A stretch of DNA of 64,000 nucleotides from an archaeon (GTDB taxonomy: Archaea > Nanobdellota > Nanobdellia > Woesearchaeales > UBA9642). The notes below the pieces were generated by a model. It was given only the letters and a program-made list of their open reading frames with translations, was not told the origin of the DNA and did no database searches. Position numbers and translations under genes: made by a program. This document shows, piece after piece, positions 9,495 to 17,389 of the stretch; positions within the stretch are counted from its first letter, which is position 1, and each line of letters starts with the position of its first letter. Where the stretch lies: assembly GCA_043806035.1 (NCBI GenBank), contig JAZDHK010000001.1:1-64000 (forward strand), written 5' to 3'.

Positions 9495-10058
9495 GTGAAA
9501 AGCATGGTCTGGACTTACAAACGCGAACCATTGGAAGACAACGAAGCCGACTTGCTCAGAAGAAACTGCAAAAGCTTTGAGGAAGAGCTCGTCATAAACG
9601 TGCTCCTTGATACAGGCATGCGCGTAAGCGAGCTCGCCCACCTCGAGGAACAGAACGTAGCCTGGCAACGCAGCTGCATCAACCTTACTGGTAAGGGAGG
9701 CAGGCGCAGGGTCATTCCTATGAGCGACCTCGTGCGCTTCTACCTTACGCATACGTTCAGCAAACAATCGAGGGTACCACTGGCTATGAGAACTATTGAG
9801 AAGTACGTCAAGGTCGTTGCTGAGCGTGCGCGGCTGAAAAAGAAGGTTAGCCCGCACATCTTACGACACACCTTCGCCGTCACATACCTGCACCGAGGAG
9901 GCAATCTTCGAGCGTTGCAGGCGATTCTGGGGCACAGCAGCATAACCACAACAGACATTTATCTGAACTATTCGGGCAAACGGGTGATTGAGGATTTTCA
10001 GAAAGTGTGGCAGCAAAAGGAGGTCGGCAACGCAAATCTCAAGCAGTTTTTCCCATGA
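9495..10058 (+). CDS. Tyrosine recombinase, catalytic domain only (187 aa)
   Basis: TGMRVSEL, GKGGRRR, HILRHTFA, LGHSSITTTDIY: full R-K-H-R-H-Y set; no N-terminal core-binding domain. Confidence 0.92.
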   Translation: MKSMVWTYKREPLEDNEADLLRRNCKSFEEELVINVLLDTGMRVSELAHLEEQNVAWQRSCINLTGKGGRRRVIPMSDLVRFYLTHTFSKQSRVPLAMRTIEKYVKVVAERARLKKKVSPHILRHTFAVTYLHRGGNLRALQAILGHSSITTTDIYLNYSGKRVIEDFQKVWQQKEVGNANLKQFFP

Positions 10059-10330
10059 GCGATTCCCTCAATAATGATGCGTTTTTCTGGACACTAATAC
10101 TGGTGGGACTAGGCATCGTGATAAAGAAATGGTACGATAGCTTGGATGTGCAACAAATCCTGCACACTGCGCTCCTGCTGGTGTACGGGCTTGCGATATT
10201 GTCGGTATTCCTTCTTGTTCTGTACTTGGCGCTCAGATACGGTCAGAGGAATAAGGAGCACATCAATGATTTCAAAAGCCACATAGCCAGCTATGAGCGA
10301 GAATATAAATATTTCTATTTTAACTACTGA
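10055..10330 (+). CDS. Small membrane protein translationally coupled to the recombinase
   Basis: ATGA overlap with recombinase stop; two hydrophobic segments. Confidence 0.6.
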   Translation: MSDSLNNDAFFWTLILVGLGIVIKKWYDSLDVQQILHTALLLVYGLAILSVFLLVLYLALRYGQRNKEHINDFKSHIASYEREYKYFYFNY

Positions 10331-10433
10331 CAGATGACTAAATGACAAAGTTTCCCTTAATGTAATAGTATAATAGACTTCGTCTTGTAACGCGTTCTCA
10401 AAAACTGTCCCTTCGGTCGGTCGACTTGCAGTC

Positions 10434-10461
10434 TCCCCACATAACAGCGATTAAATACAAT
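10434..10461 (+). repeat. dif-like recombination site 2 (TCCCCACATAA-CAGCGA-TTAAATACAAT)
   Basis: Same layout and spacer as site 1. Confidence 0.75.
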
Positions 10462-10515
10462 TGAAAAAGTGCGCCTATAGAATATTTTATATATGTACCA
10501 ACATCTTAAGAAAAT

Positions 10516-11079
10516 ATGGACTTAGGAAAAACACTTTATGTGATTAATAGAAAACAATGGCGTTCATGGCTCGCTAAAAACCACAATAAAGAAAAAGAAA
10601 TCTGGCTCATTTATTATAGAAAATCATCTGGCAAAAAAAGAATTCCATACAATGATGCAGTTGAAGAGGCTCTCTGTTATGGTTGGATAGATAGTGTTAT
10701 GAAGAGAGTAGATGAAGAAAGGTTTGCTCAGAGATTTACTCCAAGAAGACCGGGCAGTATACTCTCAGAAATGAATAAAGAGCGTATTCGCTTACTTGTA
10801 AAACAAAAAAAGATGAAATCTGTTGGTCTCACTGCAATACAACACGTTTCTTTTAATCCTACAAAGAATACAAAACTAAAAATCCCATCTGATATTCTCA
10901 AATCCTTGAAGAAAGACGAAAAAACGTGGGGATACTTTCAGAAATTTTCAGAATCATACAAACGTATTCGGATTGAGTGGATAGAAGGAGCCAGAACTCG
11001 CCCCGAACTTTTTAAAAAGAGACTAAGATATTTTCTTAAGATGACTGCAAAAAATAAAAAATATGGGATGATACAATGA
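10516..11079 (+). CDS. YdeI/OmpD-associated (bacteriocin-protection) family protein, cassette gene
   Basis: WRSWLAKNH, YNDAVEEALCYGWIDS, QRFTPRR, WIEGART; AT-rich. Confidence 0.9.
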   Translation: MDLGKTLYVINRKQWRSWLAKNHNKEKEIWLIYYRKSSGKKRIPYNDAVEEALCYGWIDSVMKRVDEERFAQRFTPRRPGSILSEMNKERIRLLVKQKKMKSVGLTAIQHVSFNPTKNTKLKIPSDILKSLKKDEKTWGYFQKFSESYKRIRIEWIEGARTRPELFKKRLRYFLKMTAKNKKYGMIQ

Positions 11080-11159
11080 TATAGCATTACGGCGCACTTT
11101 TTCAACTTCTTCGCTTCACTTCGTTACGCTCGACCACGTTGCACTCTCGCCTTCGGCTC

Positions 11160-11187
11160 GGGGTATTTAACAGGAATTAGATTCAAT
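11160..11187 (+). repeat. dif-like recombination site 3 (GGGGTATTTAA-CAGGAA-TTAGATTCAAT)
   Basis: Same layout; sits between two AT-rich genes. Confidence 0.72.
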
Positions 11188-11348
11188 AATTTTTAGTGGC
11201 TACGAACGACTGAAGGGGGACATTTCTAATACGACGAAACGAATTAGGGGGAGTTCAGACAATAAAAACATTAATAAACTTCAAGTTCAATAGAAGTTAT
11301 AAGTGGATATTTATATATGATTCCAATTCCATAAAGAGGTATATAACA

Positions 11349-13892
11349 ATGTTCAACAAAAAAATTTTATTAGGACTATTATTGGTTTCGATAATTATTC
11401 TTTCAGGTTGTGCAAATGAGAAAATATCTAAATATACTTCTGGAAAAATAGAGGAACCACAATTAAGTTATAATCCTCCAACATATTCTTTTAGTGCAAA
11501 GCAATATAATAATCCTGAATATAATTTGCCATTAACAGAATTGCCAGAAAATTATCAAAGAGATTTAGTAGATAAATTCAAAAAAGAACTAACTCAAGAG
11601 CAAATTAATACTCTATTAGTCAATGGAGTTGTAATTATACCTGGGGAGAATGATAGATTTGAGAGGGCATATCAGGAGCTTACTATGACAAAATATCAAA
11701 GTAAAGATAGAGAGGGAGTTCCCATTTTTATAACCACCGATTCTATTATGCACTTGTTTCATATAGAATTCAACGAGTTATTAAAAAACATAGAAATTAA
11801 CAAGTTAACACCTATGTTAAATGAATTTTTGGATAAAACTATTGAAGAGACAATAGCACAGTATAATGGTCTTGAAGATAAAGAATTAAAAGAACTCTCA
11901 AGAAGAAACGTGGCTTATTTAGCAGTTGCTAAGAAATTGTTAGACCCCGACTATAATGTTCCCGGATTTGTAGAAAATGAGGTTAAAGAGGAAATTGCAA
12001 GAATAGAAGACCATAAAGGTTTTTACAAAAATCCTCTTTTTAGTGAAAGTTGCCCTGAGGTTTGTGAACAAAGATTATACCCTTATAATTATAACCAGGG
12101 AGAAGGAGATAAGTGCAGTCAAGAAGTGAAAGGAAAAGTAATGTATGAGAGCAAAGAGTGGGAATTTCAAGACCTTTATATCCAAGTATGTTCAAAAAGA
12201 TGTTATTGTGAAGATTATTCCCAATATGTGCCAAGGGGACATTATACATCAAGTGAAGAACTAAAGAGATATTTTAAATCAATGATGTGGCTTGGAAGAA
12301 TGACATTCAAAGCTAATGGAGAAGAATGGACAAAACAGGCTGTTTTATTAACGGATTCTGTTAAATCTGCAAACACCATCGAATTATGGAATAAAATTTA
12401 CACTGTAACTGGATTCTTTGCAGGGGCTTCTGATGATTTGACATTTTATGAATATGATACTGTGGTTTTTAATCTGTTCAATTATGACTTTGATGAAAGC
12501 AAAGAGCTAAAACAACAAATAACAGAAAAAATGCAAGCAGAAATAAGGCAGATGAGGGGTCCAAAAATTCTTGGAGGATTTGAGTTTGATGTTGCTGGCA
12601 ATCTGAAAGACACTACTCAAGGACTGAGATTAATCGGACAAAGGTATGCTATTGATTCCCATATTTTGTCAGATATGGTTTACAACAATGTTGGAGTAAA
12701 TCCAGAATCAGAAAATTACGAAAGAGTCATCCAATGTAAACAGACTACCCAACAATTAAGTAAACCCGAAGAATTTTATTCTTCTTGTAGCAATATGAAT
12801 GAAGATAAAGTTAAGTATTGGAATGAAGTATGTTCCAAAGCAATGGAGATGTATTATTATAAAATGTGCGGGGGTCTAGATGAAGAACAGCTTTATTCAG
12901 TATGTAGATACATGCCAACAGGATTAGATGTAATGTCTGCTCTAGGTTCAAAAAGAGCAGATGAAATATTATCTGAGAAAAAAGTATCTACCTTCTGTAA
13001 TTATGATGAAAAAAATGAAGAAATGAAAGACTTAGTTCAAAGTTATGACCAAAATAAATGGAATGAAAACCTTTATAATACTTGGTTATGGATGATACAA
13101 CCAGTTTTGAAAGAAAAACCACAGGGTTACCCAAATTGGATGAAATCTGCAGTTTGGAGAAATAAAGAACTAGTTACAGCTCTGTCTTCATGGGCTCAGT
13201 TGAGGCATGATACGATACTGTATGTGAAACAAAGCTATACCCGAGCAACCATGATGATGAAAGCAACATCTGTAGGACCAATGTCTTCTAGATATTATGG
13301 TTATGTTGAGCCAAACCCAGAATTGTTTGCAAGAGCGAAGTTTATCTCTAAATTTTTGATTAAGGGATTGGAAGACCAGGGCGTAATGACTGAAGATGTT
13401 AAAAAATCATTAGAGCAAAGCAGGGATATGATGGATAGGCTCAAAGATATTTCTGAAAAAGAGCTACAGGGAATTCCACTTAGCGAAGAAGATTATAGTT
13501 ATATTGAGTCTATTGATGCAACATTTAATAGAATTATAGAAGACTTAGCTTCGGCATTAACTATCGAAACAAATAAAAAACCAATTGGCCCAGGAGTAGA
13601 AACTCATACAAATTTAGAGGGAAAGGATGATGCATTTAAGACAACAATAATAGCAGATGTTCACACCGAGACAAACACAAAAAAAGCATTGGAAGTTGGA
13701 ACTGGAAAAATTGATTGGATTATCGTCGCCCATGCATCAAAGGATGGAAGAATTGGTTTAGCAGTTGGACCTATGTTTAGTTATTATGAGTTCCCATGGC
13801 CAATGGAAGACAGATTGACGGATGAAAAATGGAGAACTGAAGTAATAAATAACGCAGAAAGACCAGATTGGATCACTTCTTTTATCTCTTAA
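11349..13892 (+). CDS. DUF3160-family lipoprotein, cassette gene
   Basis: Lipobox LSGC; PIFITTDS, EDYSQYVPRGHYT, YFKSMMWLGR, SWAQLRHDTILYVKQSY, RLTDEKW. Confidence 0.88.
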   Translation: MFNKKILLGLLLVSIIILSGCANEKISKYTSGKIEEPQLSYNPPTYSFSAKQYNNPEYNLPLTELPENYQRDLVDKFKKELTQEQINTLLVNGVVIIPGENDRFERAYQELTMTKYQSKDREGVPIFITTDSIMHLFHIEFNELLKNIEINKLTPMLNEFLDKTIEETIAQYNGLEDKELKELSRRNVAYLAVAKKLLDPDYNVPGFVENEVKEEIARIEDHKGFYKNPLFSESCPEVCEQRLYPYNYNQGEGDKCSQEVKGKVMYESKEWEFQDLYIQVCSKRCYCEDYSQYVPRGHYTSSEELKRYFKSMMWLGRMTFKANGEEWTKQAVLLTDSVKSANTIELWNKIYTVTGFFAGASDDLTFYEYDTVVFNLFNYDFDESKELKQQITEKMQAEIRQMRGPKILGGFEFDVAGNLKDTTQGLRLIGQRYAIDSHILSDMVYNNVGVNPESENYERVIQCKQTTQQLSKPEEFYSSCSNMNEDKVKYWNEVCSKAMEMYYYKMCGGLDEEQLYSVCRYMPTGLDVMSALGSKRADEILSEKKVSTFCNYDEKNEEMKDLVQSYDQNKWNENLYNTWLWMIQPVLKEKPQGYPNWMKSAVWRNKELVTALSSWAQLRHDTILYVKQSYTRATMMMKATSVGPMSSRYYGYVEPNPELFARAKFISKFLIKGLEDQGVMTEDVKKSLEQSRDMMDRLKDISEKELQGIPLSEEDYSYIESIDATFNRIIEDLASALTIETNKKPIGPGVETHTNLEGKDDAFKTTIIADVHTETNTKKALEVGTGKIDWIIVAHASKDGRIGLAVGPMFSYYEFPWPMEDRLTDEKWRTEVINNAERPDWITSFIS

Positions 13893-14064
13893 TTTTTTTT
13901 ACTTCTTGTTTATATTATGATTAATAAATGATGGAACTCCCCCAGACTACTATGAAATGTCCCCCTTGATGTTTGTTCTTGATGTTTCGCTTCGCTTATT
14001 TGATTGAACACGAGCCACTAAAAATTACTCTGCGGACGCAGGTTTCCCACACTTGCGTATGGGA

Positions 14065-14092
14065 AACGAACTTAACAGGCATTATGTCTAAT
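14065..14092 (+). repeat. dif-like recombination site 4 (AACGAACTTAA-CAGGCA-TTATGTCTAAT)
   Basis: Same layout; follows the DUF3160 cassette. Confidence 0.75.
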
Positions 14093-14127
14093 TCATAATT
14101 CGGGCTAAAAGATAGAAACCGAAAGAT

Positions 14128-14566
14128 TTAGGCTCTAGAAAATTTGTATGTGTTGTCTCGTAATTGCCCTGAAAGTACTTCAAGTTCCCAATCAACTGCA
14201 ATGCCTTCTTCCCATCTTTCATACTTCTTAGAATATTTTGCATCAACTCCAATTAAAGTTGATTGATAAGGAATTACTTCAAAATCATTCTTTGTTTCAA
14301 TAGGAAGATCAACAGTATGTTTAGCTCCACTTGATTCAATTATTAATCAAATCAGGTAGAGCTTTAATTATATTTTCATATACTATACTTGCCCAAAAAT
14401 TTGCGACAAGTCCGAACATTATACCTATGATAATACCTTGATTAAATCTTGTTCTTTCCTCGACATATTTTTCAGAAGAGTATAGGTTAGCTAGGTGAGA
14501 ATTCAGTTCTTCATCTGTCCATTTTCTCTTTTTCATATCTTGATTCTCCACGTATTTGCTTGTCAT
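14128..14566 (-). pseudogene. Disrupted AT-rich cassette gene
   Basis: 76-aa ORF (14336-14566, one TM segment) followed out of frame by a start-less open stretch 14128-14346 (ESSGAKHTVDLP...KFSRA*). Confidence 0.5.
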
Positions 14567-14650
14567 ACATTCCTTCTTTAATGTTGTTCAAGTGTATGGC
14601 TATCTTTCGCTTCAGTTCGTTCTGTTCCCGACGCAATTTTTTTATCCTGC

Positions 14651-14761
14651 TCATTTGAGTTCCTTTAGTCGTCCTGCTTTGATATCTTCAAGACTGGCTA
14701 AAAAATCCTTAAGAAACTCATTCTGTTCACGTAGTTTTTTCTCTAATCTATTCACACTCAT
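14651..14761 (-). CDS. Putative small antitoxin (36 aa)
   Basis: MSVNRLEKKLREQNEFLKDFLASLEDIKAGRLKELK; ATGA overlap with toxin stop; not in ORF track. Confidence 0.6.
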   Translation of the reverse strand: MSVNRLEKKLREQNEFLKDFLASLEDIKAGRLKELK

Positions 14762-15081
14762 ATGCAATCACTCTCCTTTAAATTTTTTACGCATTTTTCA
14801 TACTGCGCTCTTTGTCCTTTAATGAAATCTATGATTTCCTGCTGGTTTTTCTTGTCACCTATATCAGTAAGCAGTACAATTACCTCCGCGTCAAATATGA
14901 GAAAATATATTCTGAATTTTCCCACTTTTAGTTCTCTTATGTGCCTATCTCCAAGAGGTTTGCCAACAAACGGATTTCTGGAAAGTTTTCGGATTCTGGA
15001 CAAAGTCTGTTCGTGCAATGCTCGAGGGATGATTTTTCTGAATTTTTTCTCAAAGACCGTCGTCATTTTTACCGCATACAT
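14758..15081 (-). CDS. RelE/ParE-family toxin
   Basis: FEKKFRK, NPFVGKPLG, RELKVGKFRIYF. Confidence 0.85.
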   Translation of the reverse strand: MYAVKMTTVFEKKFRKIIPRALHEQTLSRIRKLSRNPFVGKPLGDRHIRELKVGKFRIYFLIFDAEVIVLLTDIGDKKNQQEIIDFIKGQRAQYEKCVKNLKESDCI

Positions 15082-15177
15082 GTTATGCTATAGAAAACGC
15101 GTTTTATGATGCTTTGTTCGTTATTTCCGGAGATTTTCCGCACAATCTATTTAAACAAGCAACCTCTTCTTGGTAGC

Positions 15178-15534
15178 ATGACCTACCTCGTCGCCTGTCT
15201 CAGTTCGGGAAAGGGAAGCTGGACGCACCTGATGAACATCATCAACAGTGGCATGTTCGAGCACACCATCCTCATAACGAATGAGTTTGGCAGCCAGAAC
15301 TTCAAAGGCAATGATAACATGAGTTTGTGCGTTGTCGACTTCAGGAAAGACCTCCCAACACTGATAAAAGACATCGTGCAGCAGATCGACGGCAAAGTCC
15401 CTGATTTGGAAGTCGGGCTCAACATTATCTCGGGAACAGGCCACGAGCACATGGCCATCCTTGCCGCCTTGATCAAGTGCGGCCTTGCCATCAGACTGAT
15501 AGACTACACGGAGAATGGTGTGCAGGAAATTTAG
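15178..15534 (+). CDS. Hypothetical protein
   Basis: MTYLVACLSSGKGSW start after TATA-like TTTAAA; host-like codon usage. Confidence 0.7.
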   Translation: MTYLVACLSSGKGSWTHLMNIINSGMFEHTILITNEFGSQNFKGNDNMSLCVVDFRKDLPTLIKDIVQQIDGKVPDLEVGLNIISGTGHEHMAILAALIKCGLAIRLIDYTENGVQEI

Positions 15535-16721
15535 TCTTCCTCTTCTTTCGGCAAGTACGTCAGATGCTCATTCACAAAACTCGTGGGTTGTATGAATGCG
15601 CTTCTGTTCTGCTTGGTTTCCATTTCAAAGATGTCCCCTGAGCCGTCCATATAATACACGAGGTCTTTTCCCACAAAGAAGCCGAGCACCTCATTCTCAG
15701 GCAGGGGTGTGATGATGTTGTTCGTCCTCTTACCCAGGCAATCAGCACAAGGATATAATACTCTGCCGTTCTTGATGAATCTGTTTTCATCAATCGTGCT
15801 GTTCTCCTTGCGCTGCATGAGCAAAGCAAAAGCGCTCAACGTGATGTTGTTGTCAGTAATTCGCGGGCTTTCCGCATCCACCTGCACTGCGGCAAGGCCG
15901 CAATCCTCAAGAAGGTTATTCGTGATGGTCGGCGAGGCATTCTGCACGTAGATGCACGACCATAATGCGTGGTGGACAATGTTACTGTCAAAGACGATCG
16001 CGTTCCCTTCAAGGCTGACGCCTGAGCGTGCATGCTCGATCTTGACGTATTGGATGTACGAGTTGTCCAGTGCAATCATTCCTTCCCAGTCGAACCTGCT
16101 CGTGACGGGAAAACTGCTTATGGTGATGAACTTGTTCGCTTTTCCTTTCGCAATGAATCTGGCACGGAGCAGGATGGCATTCTTGGCAAAGGCCGCATCT
16201 GCTGTGGGATCATGCAACCGCTTTGCAAGAAGGTTCTCCTTGCTCGGCAGCAATGGCTGCATGTCTTTTCCTGTCAGCACAGAAATCGTGCTGGTGGGCA
16301 GCAACGTTATTGTTCTTGTGGTGTTGACGTCCTGCACGAACAACGCATCACCTCCAATGATGATGTCTCTCTCAACAGAGGTGATGTTGCAGTCGCTGCA
16401 CGCAGTGAAGTTCTCCTTGTAGCTGCACAGGCCATCCCCACAACAGGGAACGATGGGAGTATTCCTGCACAAGCGCAGGCTGCTGTCGAACGTGTCTTCC
16501 GTGCAGGCATTGCCATCATCACAGTTGCCGCAGTCCCTTGTGTTTTCCTCGCCCTGCTCGCACACGCCATTGCCCTGGCAGGGCGTTATGGCGAGATACA
16601 CGCACTGTCCCGCAACGCACTTATCTCTCGTACAGGCATTGTTGTCATCGCAGTCGCACGAACAGCTGGCAAAGAATAATAGGAAAATAAGGAGAAAACC
16701 AAAAAGAGGTGGTTTCAGCAT
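15531..16721 (-). CDS. Secreted Cys-rich repeat protein with right-handed beta-helix
   Basis: Signal peptide; CDDNNACT/CDDGNACT repeats; ASPTITNN/SPRITDNNIT beta-helix repeats. Confidence 0.7.
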   Translation of the reverse strand: MLKPPLFGFLLIFLLFFASCSCDCDDNNACTRDKCVAGQCVYLAITPCQGNGVCEQGEENTRDCGNCDDGNACTEDTFDSSLRLCRNTPIVPCCGDGLCSYKENFTACSDCNITSVERDIIIGGDALFVQDVNTTRTITLLPTSTISVLTGKDMQPLLPSKENLLAKRLHDPTADAAFAKNAILLRARFIAKGKANKFITISSFPVTSRFDWEGMIALDNSYIQYVKIEHARSGVSLEGNAIVFDSNIVHHALWSCIYVQNASPTITNNLLEDCGLAAVQVDAESPRITDNNITLSAFALLMQRKENSTIDENRFIKNGRVLYPCADCLGKRTNNIITPLPENEVLGFFVGKDLVYYMDGSGDIFEMETKQNRSAFIQPTSFVNEHLTYLPKEEED

Positions 16722-17251
16722 GAGCAGTCGTGGCAGTCATGGTGGCCACCGCACGAGCTTTTTTCCTTGATGCCGACAATCTTAATCTTGAAATTCAACT
16801 CCTTGCCTGCCAAAGGATGATTGAGATCGAGCACGACCTCGGTATCCGTGAGATCATCCACTTTTGCCTGGAACTGCTTGCCTTCAGGCGTCGAGAGGAT
16901 GATGTACTTGCCCTTCTGCAGCTTGTCGCTGTTGGGCAGTTTTTCCTTAGGCAGAGAAATGCGCATTTCCTCACGCCGCTGACCGTACGCCTTGTCTGAA
17001 GGAATAGTGAACGTTTTTTCTTCTCCCTGCTTCATGCCAATGACAGCATTGTCAAATCCGGGAATGACCATGCCATTGCCCGCAACGAATTCGAGAGGCT
17101 CTCTGTCGTCGCTGCTATCAAAAACAGTGCCGTCATCCAGCGTTCCTGTGTAGTGCACGGAAACAACGTGATCTTTCTCAACGTTCGTAATCGCTTTGCT
17201 CTTCTCTGCTTTCTCCCCTTCTGCAGATGTTGTGGCTTTTTTCTTGGTCAT
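16715..17251 (-). CDS. slyD: FKBP-type peptidyl-prolyl isomerase, SlyD-like
   Basis: VHYTGTLDDGTVFDSS, DLNHPLAGKELNF, His/Cys tail. Confidence 0.92.
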   Translation of the reverse strand: MTKKKATTSAEGEKAEKSKAITNVEKDHVVSVHYTGTLDDGTVFDSSDDREPLEFVAGNGMVIPGFDNAVIGMKQGEEKTFTIPSDKAYGQRREEMRISLPKEKLPNSDKLQKGKYIILSTPEGKQFQAKVDDLTDTEVVLDLNHPLAGKELNFKIKIVGIKEKSSCGGHHDCHDCSC

Positions 17252-17389
17252 AGCATCAACTCCTTTTCCGCTCAGGACAAGAACACGTTTATAAATGTTG
17301 TGGGGGTGTCTGTGAACCCTTCAGTAAGGACTGGTCACCTCCAGAAAACATTTAAGAACACCATTCTCCACTCATCTTGAGGAGCGCAC

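Noticed and set aside
211-14092. CRISPR array
   Set aside because: Repeats are degenerate and 0.7-10 kb apart; no regular spacers or cas genes in the window
141-14640. Classical integron (IntI + attC)
   Set aside because: The recombinase lacks the IntI insertion and core-binding domain, junctions are not self-contained attC hairpins, and genes face both ways
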